Positions 53,386 through 63,364 of a stretch of 64,000 nucleotides of DNA are shown piece by piece. The stretch comes from Thecamonas trahens ATCC 50062 (lineage: Eukaryota > Protista > Apusomonadida). The stretch covers positions 310,001 through 374,000 of the forward strand of contig NW_013657676.1 of assembly GCF_000142905.1 (NCBI RefSeq), given 5' to 3'. The notes beneath the pieces are model-generated. The model was not told the DNA's origin. It ran no database searches and saw only the letters and a list, made by a program, of their open reading frames with translations. How positions within the stretch are numbered: the first letter of the stretch is position 1; every line of letters starts with the position of its first letter. The translations under genes and the position numbers were made by a program.

Positions 53386-54574
53386 ATGCGAGTTTGAGCG
53401 CTCTACCAGCCAGAAAGAAGCGCGTGGACGCGCGGGAGTGCGTCGGCCAGCAAGGCCTGGACGAGCGCCTCTGTGCTCGCCAGAGACTCGCCGCGGCCCA
53501 GGGCGGCCGAGCCCTGGGCAATGAGCGCGCGCGNNNNNNNNNNNNNNNNNNNNNNNNNNNNNNNNNNNNNNNNNNNNNNNNNNNNNNNNNNNNNNNNNNN
53601 NNNNNNNNNNNNNNNNNNNNNNNNNNNNNNNNNNNNNNNNNNNNNNNNNNNNNNNNNNNNNNNNNNNNNNNNNNNNNNNNNNNNNNNNNNNNNNNNNNNN
53701 NNNNNNNNNNNNNNNNNNNNNNNNNNNNNNNNNNNNNNNNNNNNNNNNNNNNNNNNNNNNNNNNNNNNNNNNNNNNNNNNNNNNNNNNNNNNNNNNNNNN
53801 NNNNNNNNNNNNNNNNNNNNNNNNNNNNNNNNNNNNNNNNNNNNNNNNNNNNNNNNNNNNNNNNNNNNNNNNNNNNNNNNNNNNNNNNNNNNNNNNNNNN
53901 NNNNNNNNNNNNNNNNNNNNNNNNNNNNNNNNNNNNNNNNNNNNNNNNNNNNNNNNNNNNNNNNNNNNNNNNNNNNNNNNNNNNNNNNNNNNNNNNNNNN
54001 NNNNNNNNNNNNNNNNNNNNNNNNNNNNNNNNNNNNNNNNNNNNNNNNNNNNNNNNNNNNNNNNNNNNNNNNNNNNNNNNNNNNNNNNNNNNNNNNNNNN
54101 NNNNNNNNNNNNNNNNNNNNNNNNNNNNNNNNNNNNNNNNNNNNNNNNNNNNNNNNNNNNNNNNNNNNNNNNNNNNNNNNNNNNNNNNNNNNNNNNNNNN
54201 NNNNNNNNNNNNNNNNNNNNNNNNNNNNNNNNNNNNNNNNNNNNNNNNNNNNNNNNNNNNNNNNNNNNNNNNNNNNNNNNNNNNNNNNNNNNNNNNNNNN
54301 NNNNNNNNNNNNNNNNNNNNNNNNNNNNNNNNNNNNNNNNNNNNNNNNNNNNNNNNNNNNNNNNNNNNNNNNNNNNNNNNNNNNNNNNNNNNNNNNNNNN
54401 NNNNNNNNNNNNNNNNNNNNNNNNNNNNNNNNNNNNNNNNNNNNNNNNNNNNNNNNNNNNNACCCCCCCCAACCACCAAAACCCGCCTCCACCACTCGGC
54501 AGGCACAGCACGAGTCAGCACCAGCACCAGATAGAACCACTCCTCCACCACCTCCCCAACCCAACACTCTGACC

Positions 54575-56614
54575 ATGCCCTCCATGCTCACCATAACCCT
54601 GCCCCTTGCACTCGGTCTGGTCTTTGTTGTTGTCTTGGCTAGTCAGCCTGCTGTGGGTGAGAGCCTCACCGCTGTGGTGGCCGACGCTGGGCTGGGCCTC
54701 CGCTTTGTGGCTGCTGCCGACGGCACTGTCCGCGACCTGGCCACCAGTGGTGCGCCCACAGGGCTAACTCTTACTCGTCATGTGGGCTTTGTCTTCTCAG
54801 ACATCCAGCAGCATGTCCTCTACGCACTCTCCACCACAACCGGCAAGGTCTCCACCTACGCCGGCACCTTTGGCTCGTCCGGCACAGCCGACGGTCTCGG
54901 CACGGCCGCCCAGTTCAACGCTCCGCGCGCTCTTCTCGCTCATCCCTCTGTCGACGACATCTATGTCGCCGACACGGGCAACTTTCTCCTCCGCCGCATC
55001 ACCGCCTCGGGTGCCGTCACCACCCTCGTTGGTACTACCATCTCGGGCACCACCGACGGGACCGGAACCAACGCCCAGCTCAAGGGTCCCAACGCCCTCG
55101 CCTGGAACGCAGACGCCTCGGTCCTCTACATCGCCGACGTCGACCGTGTCCGCGCAGTCACCTTGCCGGCTCTCGAGGTCACCACCATTGCGACGAGCGT
55201 CGGAACAGGCCTCGTTGCCATCGGCTTTGACCCGCGCTCCTCGCTCCTCTACGTTGCAGGTGCAGGCCTGACCTCGGTCTCCTCGGTCTCGCTCAGCGGA
55301 ACTGTCACCAACATCCTCGGCACCGCCGCAGGCACCAACTTTGGCTCGGGCGAGGGCGATGCTGCCCGCTTCCGCGCCATCGCTGGCATGGCCCTCGACA
55401 CCACCTCGTCGACCACCGACACCACCCTTTACCTGTCGGACTCACACTGCTCGCCCACCGCCGGCAAGGCCACCGTCCGCAAGGCCACTCTGTCAGGCCG
55501 TGTCCTGTCCACGCTGGCCGGCGCCGGCGAGGCCTGCTCGCCTTCACCCATTGCGGCGCCCGTTGTCAGCCGCGGCGCTCTCGACAACGCCCTCGTTGCT
55601 GGCGGCACCGGCACGTCCGCCCGCTTCCTCGCGCCATCGACTGTCGTCATTGTCCGCGAGCTGTGCGGCTCGTTCAAGGCCCTCGACGACACCAGCGCGT
55701 GGGTCGTCTCGTGCTCGGGCGCCAACCTGGGCTCATCGGTCGAGCTCCCCGTGAGCATCTCCGAATCGACGCTCGCGCTCTCGTCGACAGTCCGCTTCGC
55801 TTCGGATGTGGTTGTGACCCAGTCGGGCAAGCTCTCGCTTGATACCTCTGGCAGTCTCACCGGCGCAGCAGGCTTTGCTGTCCAGGGCGTGCTGTCCATC
55901 AACGGTGGATCGGCCTCGCTGGCCTCGCTCACACTCCGCTCCACCGGCATCATCGAGTACATCTACGCCACCCGCGCTACCTCGGCCGTAGCCGTCACCG
56001 GCTCGGTGGTCACCGGTGGCGCCGCCGTTGTCACACTCGGCGCGAGCGAGGAGCTGGCCCCGGGCACCCAGATTGTGCTCTTCACGTGGACCGCGGGTGG
56101 GAGTCTCGACACCACCAACTCGGTTCCCATGCGTGGGTGGATCAACATTGCGCTCGGAGCGAGGTCCGTTCGCTCACGCTCGCTCCTCCAGGCCACCCGC
56201 CTCTCGGTCGACTGCACTGAGAACACCAAGTCGTGCGTAGCGACCGCCCTCGGCGCCAACATCGCCAACGACGACGACGACGAGCTCGGGCTCATTGTTT
56301 CGCTCACCATAATCGCCTCACTCTTCATCTGCACTGTCATCGTCTTTACCCTCTGCGGCCTCAAGTACTTCCGAGGCGGCTACGGCAACGTTGCCACCGC
56401 CCGCCTCGTCGAGCTCGACAAGAAGCGGAGCCAGGAGCTCAACCGCCGCCGGCAGCGCGCCGACGAGCTCGACGCCGCTATTGCGTCGTCGGCGCCCGAG
56501 TTTGCCCGCCCGGTCGCTCCTGGTGAGGCTGTTCTTCGCGACGACAACGACTCGTCATCGGGCCCGTTCGACGTTGACTCCTCGGGCCTCTACTCGGGCT
56601 CGTACTCGTCGTGA
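54575..56614 (+). CDS. Type I membrane protein with NHL-repeat beta-propeller ectodomain
   Basis: Signal peptide; GTADGLGTAAQFNAPRAL, YVADTGN, DGTGTNAQLKGPNAL; a single TM segment LGLIVSLTIIASLFICTVIVFTLCGL. Confidence 0.8.
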   Translation: MPSMLTITLPLALGLVFVVVLASQPAVGESLTAVVADAGLGLRFVAAADGTVRDLATSGAPTGLTLTRHVGFVFSDIQQHVLYALSTTTGKVSTYAGTFGSSGTADGLGTAAQFNAPRALLAHPSVDDIYVADTGNFLLRRITASGAVTTLVGTTISGTTDGTGTNAQLKGPNALAWNADASVLYIADVDRVRAVTLPALEVTTIATSVGTGLVAIGFDPRSSLLYVAGAGLTSVSSVSLSGTVTNILGTAAGTNFGSGEGDAARFRAIAGMALDTTSSTTDTTLYLSDSHCSPTAGKATVRKATLSGRVLSTLAGAGEACSPSPIAAPVVSRGALDNALVAGGTGTSARFLAPSTVVIVRELCGSFKALDDTSAWVVSCSGANLGSSVELPVSISESTLALSSTVRFASDVVVTQSGKLSLDTSGSLTGAAGFAVQGVLSINGGSASLASLTLRSTGIIEYIYATRATSAVAVTGSVVTGGAAVVTLGASEELAPGTQIVLFTWTAGGSLDTTNSVPMRGWINIALGARSVRSRSLLQATRLSVDCTENTKSCVATALGANIANDDDDELGLIVSLTIIASLFICTVIVFTLCGLKYFRGGYGNVATARLVELDKKRSQELNRRRQRADELDAAIASSAPEFARPVAPGEAVLRDDNDSSSGPFDVDSSGLYSGSYSS

Positions 56615-56624
56615 CCATCTGCCG

Positions 56625-59147
56625 TCACCCCGACTCGTACTCGTACTCCTCGCCGCCGGCGTCGCGGCGGACGCCAGCTAGGAACGCCTCGATCTCGGCC
56701 CGGTCCTTCTCGTTAAATTCCTCGAGCGCCACATTGGACTCAAAGTATGCCCGAACCGTGTCAAGCAGCGGGCGGATCGGCCGCTCGTCCTCGTACTGGA
56801 CCTGCTGCGGCGCGTCGAGTACCCCGCCGGCTCCGGGCGCCGAAGCTGTTCGCGTCGGCGCGGCGCGCAAGTTGCGCCGCATGGCAGGTAGCGGCGAGTC
56901 ACCAGCGGCCAGCTCGACAGACTGGTCGATGGCACCCGAAACGTCGCCAAAGTTCGGCTGGTGCGGCGACGACGGTGCTGAGACTGCGACCTCGCGGAGC
57001 GCGTCGAACCATGGGTGCATCATCAGCCACGCCGCCGTCGGCCGGTCGCGCGGGTTTGCGTGGAACATCTCGTTGAGAATGGAGATGCAGAGCGGCGAGA
57101 TGCCGTCCGGAAACGGCGGCGGCGACTTTTTCGTTCCGATGTGAAACAGGACGCCCATCGGCGACTGGTCGGCCCAAGGCGGCCGGCCCGAGAGCATCTC
57201 CACCAACGTGCACCCGAGCGACCAGATGTCGGCCTTACGCCCGTGGCCGGTCTGCAGCACGACTTCGGGCGCCATAAAGTGCGGCGTGCCGGCAAGGGTC
57301 TTCACCCCGCCCTCGGTCACTGACATGAGCGTGTTGAGATTCTTCGACGCACCAAAGTCGGCAATCTTAAGCGTAGACTTGCAAAAGCCGCCAAACGGCG
57401 CTGGCGAGATGAGAATGTTGCCCGGCTTGATGTCACGGTGGGCAATTTTCTTCTCATGCAAGTACTTGAGCCCATTGAGAATCTGGTATACGTATGCGCG
57501 AGCAATTGACTCGTCGAGTGCTCCGTTGCGACGGACAAGCGCTGCAAGCGAGCCGCCGGAGACGTACTCCATAAAAATGAGGAGGCCCGGCACGGCGTTG
57601 ATCGCCGAGCCGGCGTCCTCCATCCGCGCTGTGCCGATGTACCGCACAATGTTGCGGTGCTCGAGAAACTGGAGGACGGAGATCTCGTTCTCCACCAGCT
57701 CGATCTCGGCCTTGACCCGCGAGTCCTTCATCGAGACTGCCGACCCAATTTCGATGGTCTTGACTGCCATGAGCTTGCCCGAGTCGAGGTCAGTCCCGAG
57801 ATACACCTTGCCAAAGCCGCCCATGCCGAGTATGGCGCCGCGTTCCCAGCGGATCGGCCCGGTCCGCCGAATGATAGACTCGGTCGAGCGCCCCAGTGGC
57901 AACTCGCTCGAGACCAGCCGCTTGCCGCCGCCGCCGATGCCGCCGCCACCATCATCCCCGCCATCGTCGCCGTTGTTGACCGAAGCAAAGAGCGAGAGCT
58001 CGGCCGAGTCAAAGTCGTTCTTGTCCAGTAGTAGAAACGAGGCGAGCTCCGGCTCTTTCGACGGGCCTGTCGACGGCGACTGATCGCCGGTAGTCGGCCC
58101 GCCGCGGCGCGTCTCTGATGCAGGCATGCCCGCGCCGTCGAGTGGCGACGCCAGCCCAGCCCGTGAGCCCGGCGGATTCGGCGAGACAGACGCCGACCGC
58201 GAGGCCGAGATCGAAACCGAGACCGAAGCGGTTACCGTCGTCGCCGTCGCGGATGCCGACTCGCTCGTCTCGACACCGTCGTCGCCAAGCGGATGAGGCC
58301 CAGGGGTCTGCCGTCCGCCGTAGCCAGAGACTTTGACTGACGACGCCCGCGCAGGCAAGCCACCTGTTCTCCGCCGCGGCGAGGTGCTCGCTCCCGACAG
58401 CGCCGTCGACGGGCGCATTGGGAACTGCTCCGTTCCAGAGATGAGGCCGACCGCAGTGTGTGCTGGCGGTGATGGAAGGTCCGGCGGCAGCAGTGCCGGC
58501 GAGACCGCAGTCGTGTTGCGCACCCTCACGCTCGAGTTATTCCCCATCACCGACTTGTGGACAAATGTGCCGTCCTCGGTGAGCACCCACTCGGATGGAT
58601 CGGCACTGGGATCGAGGTCGGGAGTCTTGCGCGAGCTGCTTCCTCCACTGACGCGTCCTCTGCTCCTTCCACTCGTGCCGCTAGCGCCACCGTTCCCGCC
58701 ACGCCGCTTCCGCGACGCCGCCGACGATCGGTGCCTGGTCGGAGTAGCCGGCGCGTCCGGAGCGCCTGGCTCATTTGCACGGGAACGCCTCGAACGCGTT
58801 CTCCGCGGCACGCGCCTACTCGATCCGCCGCCACCTTGGCTCCGTCCGCCCTGTGAGTTGGTCTGTGGACGCGATGAGCGCGAGCCTGTTGTTCCGCTCG
58901 ACCGGCTCGGCTTGTCTGTTCTCCGCGAGAGCGCAGATGTGCGTAATCTTCCCGGCGACGCTCCTCCAGTGCCTGACATTGCCATATCCGTCGTGTCGGT
59001 CTCCGGCGCAACGGAACCTGTCCTTGCAGAGCGTGCTTGGCGACGACGACGACGCTTCTTCTTCCCTCCGTCGACGCCATTGAACATGGCCTTCTTGTCG
59101 GCCTCGTCGTCGAGGCTCTTTGCCTCCTGCGAGGCCCCACAGCCCAT
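56625..59147 (-). CDS. STE11/MEKK-family MAP kinase kinase kinase with N-terminal MGCGAS acylation motif
   Basis: WERGAILGMGGFGKVY, MAVK, IFMEYVSGGSL, HRDIKPGN, DFGASK, GTPHFMAPEV, GHGRKADIWSLGCT. Confidence 0.92.
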   Translation of the reverse strand: MGCGASQEAKSLDDEADKKAMFNGVDGGKKKRRRRRQARSARTGSVAPETDTTDMAMSGTGGASPGRLRTSALSRRTDKPSRSSGTTGSRSSRPQTNSQGGRSQGGGGSSRRVPRRTRSRRSRANEPGAPDAPATPTRHRSSAASRKRRGGNGGASGTSGRSRGRVSGGSSSRKTPDLDPSADPSEWVLTEDGTFVHKSVMGNNSSVRVRNTTAVSPALLPPDLPSPPAHTAVGLISGTEQFPMRPSTALSGASTSPRRRTGGLPARASSVKVSGYGGRQTPGPHPLGDDGVETSESASATATTVTASVSVSISASRSASVSPNPPGSRAGLASPLDGAGMPASETRRGGPTTGDQSPSTGPSKEPELASFLLLDKNDFDSAELSLFASVNNGDDGGDDGGGGIGGGGKRLVSSELPLGRSTESIIRRTGPIRWERGAILGMGGFGKVYLGTDLDSGKLMAVKTIEIGSAVSMKDSRVKAEIELVENEISVLQFLEHRNIVRYIGTARMEDAGSAINAVPGLLIFMEYVSGGSLAALVRRNGALDESIARAYVYQILNGLKYLHEKKIAHRDIKPGNILISPAPFGGFCKSTLKIADFGASKNLNTLMSVTEGGVKTLAGTPHFMAPEVVLQTGHGRKADIWSLGCTLVEMLSGRPPWADQSPMGVLFHIGTKKSPPPFPDGISPLCISILNEMFHANPRDRPTAAWLMMHPWFDALREVAVSAPSSPHQPNFGDVSGAIDQSVELAAGDSPLPAMRRNLRAAPTRTASAPGAGGVLDAPQQVQYEDERPIRPLLDTVRAYFESNVALEEFNEKDRAEIEAFLAGVRRDAGGEEYEYESG

Positions 59148-59372
59148 GCGCAGGAGAAGGAGTAGTTGTAGATTCCGGGGGGAGGTAGGGGGTGGGGGGA
59201 GGGGGAGGGGGAGGAGGGAGGGGAGGGGTGCCCGTGCGTGAGGGGCAGGCAAGGGAGGTGTGCGGGTGGAGGTGTCACTCGGGCGTGTGGCGTGTGGTGC
59301 CCGAGCGTGGGTTCACTCGTGCCACATTGACAAACAACAGAATGGGGGGGGGGGAGGGAGGGGAGGGGGGGG

Positions 59373-59572
59373 TCCAATCAATCAACAGCGAGCAGGTCAA
59401 TCACATCATCACAGACCACTGTGATTGTTGGAAGAATGGTAGTTTGAAGGGGGGAGAGGGGGGGGGGGGGTCCCAATCAATCAACAGCGAGCAGGTCAAT
59501 CACATCATCACAGACCACTGTGATTGTTGGAAGAATGGTAGTTTGAAGGGGGGAGAGGGGGGGGGGGGGGGG
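59373..59572. repeat. About 98-nt tandem duplication bounded by G-tracts, next to an assembly gap
   Basis: ccaatcaatcaacagcgagcaggtcaatcacatcatcacagaccactgtgattgttggaagaatggtagtttgaagggggg x2. Confidence 0.9.
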
Positions 59573-59995
59573 GCGGGAGAGGAGAGGAGAGGAGGAGGAG
59601 GAGNNNNNNNNNNNNNNNNNNNNNNNNNNNNNNNNNNNNNNNNNNNNNNNNNNNNNNNNNNNNNNNNNNNNNNNNNNNNNNNNNNNNNNNNNNNNNNNNN
59701 NNNNNNNNNNNNNNNNNNNNNNNNNNNNNNNNNNNNNNNNNNNNNNNNNNNNNNNNNNNNNNNNNNNNNNNNNNNNNNNNNNNNNNNNNNNNNNNNNNNN
59801 NNNNNNNNNNNNNNNNNNNNNNNNNNNNNNNNNNNNNNNNNNNNNNNNNNNNNNNNNNNNNNNNNNNNNNNNNNNNNCGGGTTGGTTCGCCGGCCGACCC
59901 TCCCCCCCCCCCCCCTCCACTCCCCGTCCCCCTCCCCCCTCTTCCCCCCCTCACAGACACATCCCAAACCACACCACACTCCTCCGCGCAACAGA

Positions 59996-60817
59996 ATGTC
60001 CGAGCCAAGCGAGCTACTTGTGCTGGAACGCGATGTCGTAGTCCGCATCGCCCGCGACCCGTGCTCGCCTGCGGCAACAGAGGCGGCTGAGGAGCTGGAC
60101 GAGGCGGCGGCTGTGGCCGCGACGGTGGCATCGGGCGAGGCGCAGGCGCACCTGCTTCCACTGCATGTGTGGGACAGGGCACTCGATGGGGAGCTGCTGC
60201 TGCCAGCGACACTGCTGTTGTCACATGATCAGCTGCCGCCGGTTCATATCGTCCTCACCGCCGCCCTTGCAGCCATGGCCCGTGCCGCACCTGCAGAGAC
60301 CCTCGCCCGAGCCGCCGCCGAGGGCACGCCCACCGTGTTCCGTTCCGAGGCCGTAGCTGCACTTACCATCGCCGCGGACGCCATGGCTGCCGACTCGCCG
60401 CCGCTCCAGGCTGCCCGTGCCCGCATTGCCTGGCTTGCGGTGGCCATCGTTCAGACTGCCGCTGCCTTTGTCGGCGATCTTGTCGCCGACATGGCTGCCA
60501 GCGAGCCGCACGGCACACTGCGCTCGCGGGCCTCGGCCGCCCTCGTCGAGGCATGTGCCATCGAAGACGCTGTTGTCTCGCTGGCCGTGGACGAGCCGCG
60601 CCCGGCCATGGAGGCTTGGCTGGCAGCAAGCCTCGACCTGCAGGGCACCATCGCCGCTCTGGCAGAGATCTGGGCCGCAGAAACGGCGGCTGCCCTCGCG
60701 CCGGACCTCTCGCTCGACGCGCTCTCGGCCGCGTTTACCCCGCCCGTTCCGGGCCATCCCATCATTTCCGCTGCCGTCACTACCGCAAAGCTCATTTCCC
60801 AGGCCCGCTCGGGCTGA
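59996..60817 (+). CDS. Hypothetical Ala/Leu-rich helical protein (273 aa)
   Basis: ATG after a C-rich tract; coding-like codon bias; no family recognised. Confidence 0.55.
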   Translation: MSEPSELLVLERDVVVRIARDPCSPAATEAAEELDEAAAVAATVASGEAQAHLLPLHVWDRALDGELLLPATLLLSHDQLPPVHIVLTAALAAMARAAPAETLARAAAEGTPTVFRSEAVAALTIAADAMAADSPPLQAARARIAWLAVAIVQTAAAFVGDLVADMAASEPHGTLRSRASAALVEACAIEDAVVSLAVDEPRPAMEAWLAASLDLQGTIAALAEIWAAETAAALAPDLSLDALSAAFTPPVPGHPIISAAVTTAKLISQARSG

Positions 60818-61778
60818 CGGTCAACGCCTCGAGAATGCCGTCGCAGTTTGTGAGCGCAGAGTGGAGCACAGCTGCGAGCTTGGGGTCGGCCTTTGCCTCT
60901 GCATCTCGGCCCTCGGCCCTCGCTCCCGCGCCTGTCGCAGCAACCTCGAAGATCGGGCTCGGACTTGTCTGTCGCTCTCCGAGCCTCGCCTGCAGCTTGG
61001 CCACGCGAGCCACCATCCGCGCCGCCTCGGCAAGCAGCGAGTCGTCGTTGCTCTCGTCAATCTCGTCGTCGCTCTCACCGTCCGACGCCGCAAACGCCGA
61101 CGCGTCCCACTCGCCGCTGGCTTCGCTACTGCCATTCAGAGTGCTGTGCCCCAGCGAGCTGATACCCGAGAGATCGTCAGCCGGCAACGACGAAATGTCA
61201 ATAAACGGGTATGACAAGCAGTCCGCGTCGCGCCAGTGCGCCGAGGATCCACTCCTGGGCCCGCAGTCCATGACGTCATAGTCGTCATCGTCGTCGCCCA
61301 CGCCCCCGCCAGCGCCAGTACCACCGAGCCCCACACTGCCGGTCGACTCTAGCTCCAGTGATGAGACCGAGAACAGCGTCGACGAGTACGGATACAGCGC
61401 TGTCGCCCGAGCCTCGTCGTCAAAGATCAGCACCGAGCTGCCGTCGGCAGCCACCTGTGCGCTCCCAGCCTCAGCCAGGACCGAGGCCACCAACCGTGAG
61501 CCCAACGCATGCAGCGACTCGTCGGCCTCGACAACCTCGGCCTCGAGCACCCCGTCTCTGTCCGCCAGCATTCGCCCGTCGTCCCAGCGGCGGCCATACT
61601 GCCCGTCGGCCGCCGCGTTGTGCGCCTCGTCGACGCCTCTCCCGCCGCTCCTTCCACCGGCCTCGCTGCTCGCACACGGCGCCGGAAAGCTCGCCATTTG
61701 CAACTCCCGTGCGTCCTGCCCCGTAATGAGCCGGATGACCCGGTCGAGGTCACGTGGAGAGGTCAGCACAAACCTCAT
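60792..61778 (-). CDS. Hypothetical acidic protein; 5' end uncertain (strong acceptor at about 61862 suggests an upstream exon)
   Basis: Long ORF with acidic tracts; CTGAC + pyrimidine tract + CAG upstream. Confidence 0.5.
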   Translation of the reverse strand: MRFVLTSPRDLDRVIRLITGQDARELQMASFPAPCASSEAGGRSGGRGVDEAHNAAADGQYGRRWDDGRMLADRDGVLEAEVVEADESLHALGSRLVASVLAEAGSAQVAADGSSVLIFDDEARATALYPYSSTLFSVSSLELESTGSVGLGGTGAGGGVGDDDDDYDVMDCGPRSGSSAHWRDADCLSYPFIDISSLPADDLSGISSLGHSTLNGSSEASGEWDASAFAASDGESDDEIDESNDDSLLAEAARMVARVAKLQARLGERQTSPSPIFEVAATGAGARAEGRDAEAKADPKLAAVLHSALTNCDGILEALTVSPSGPGK

Positions 61779-62290
61779 GCGTGTGCTCCTCGTCGTCGGC
61801 GTCTTCTGCGTCAAGTGGCGCCAAAACCATTGCCACCACCTCAACGAGTGACAATCATGGTCTGGCGGAGAACAGAAGGTGGAGAGTCAGATGCAGTAGA
61901 AGGGGCGGGCGGATGAGACAAGGTGATGTGACAGAGACGTTGTCCCAGAGGAGAGAGACGTTTAGACACGGTCCGATGGGCAGGCAGTGTGGCGGATGCT
62001 CTCAGAGGTGCCTCTACCAGAGTGAGGAAAGTGAGGCAGTGTCAACGATCAACGAGCGACGAAAATGCTGTCCACTTTCAGAGCCATTTGCTTGTTGATG
62101 TAAGAGAGACCAAGTATGTAAGGAGAGAGAGCTCTGTTCTTCGTCGCTATCACTTCACCACACCCTCTACCCCCCAGATCTACTCTCACGTGAGCTCAAC
62201 AGATGGTTTCTACTCTTGTGATTCGCTTCGATTTCGAATGCCAGGGAGGCGCCAAAGGCTGGACATCAGACACCAGCAGCTGCACTTTGA

Positions 62291-63011
62291 TCACGACTTT
62301 GCCTTGTTCTCCTTCTTGGCGCGCTGCTTGGCGGATGGTCCCGGAAGCTTGGCAAACTCATAGGTGCCCTCGATCGTGGTGGCGTTGTTGTTCTTGCGGT
62401 TCGGGAAGCACTCGATCTTAAACTTCTGCACCCCGCTCCTCAGTGGCAACCAGCCAGCCCGCATTGCCCGCCCCAAGCCGCGGCATCTCTCATGTGAGTC
62501 CGAATCCGTGCATTGCTCTACCCTCTTCCTCCTCATCACCCGCTCTGCGCATCATCGCCTCGTCTCAGCCGCGTTTCGAAGCTCGCTCACGTACCTTCTT
62601 GCCTTTGACTAGCAGCTCGAGCTTGACGCCAGCATGCTTTGAGTCACTGAGCGTCTCTTGAACCTCTATGGTGAACTTGTTTTGCCCGTTGATGAGCAGA
62701 TCGGTGACGGCCTTGACATCGGCCACCTGCATGTGGCTGTTCTCTTCAAACAGCCGGTCATTGACCAAGATGCGGAACTTGGCATCGGTCCCCTCGTACG
62801 ACAGCTCCGCCTTTTGCCCATCTACCCACAAATCCATCCCATCGTCAACACCTGTGAGCCTCTTGATCGGCCCCTCCACTCCCCCCCCCCCCCCTTCCCT
62901 TCCACCGTTCTTCCGCACAACGGACTCTCACGCTCGGCACCCCTCCCCTCCCCCCCCCCCCCCCGCCCCACATCCGCACCTACCCGCAGCTTTAGACGAT
63001 CCACAACCCAT
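62291..63011 (-). CDS. Three-exon 139-aa protein with MGCGSSK dual-acylation N-terminus (introns 62852-62983, 62426-62594)
   Basis: Exons 63011-62984, 62851-62595 and 62425-62291 join in frame via GT-AG introns: MGCGSSKAAG|VDDGMDLWVDG...LLVKGKK|KFKIECFPN...KAKS*. Confidence 0.75.
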
Positions 63012-63364
63012 GGCTATTCAATATCCCGCCCTCAAGCGCCAACAGAGTGCGGTGTGCTCTACGCCGGCGTGGTCCTCTCCCTCGGCCCTTTCCTGCTCCG
63101 CCGTGCTTGGTTTGGGGAAGGAGTGGGGGGTGCCACTCGCCGCCCCCCACAATTTTTTCGTCCTCCACCCCCCACCCCGGACGACCTTCGTAGATTCCTC
63201 CCTGCTCTGCGGGGCGGGTCGACGCCGATTTTCAGCGACAGACAGACGACGGCGAGACGGGGCGGAAGGAGTGCGGTAACAGCCCTCTCTTCCACCCCCC
63301 CCTCCTCACCCCCCCACGTCATCCTCCACCCCTCGCTTCTCTCTCTCTCTCTCTTACTCTGACT

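Noticed and set aside
53534-54460. ORFs spanning N-gaps (also 1222-1403, 6405-6504, 30292-30391, 33200-33299, 49939-50296, 59604-59877)
   Set aside because: Artefacts of translating N; the content is unknown.
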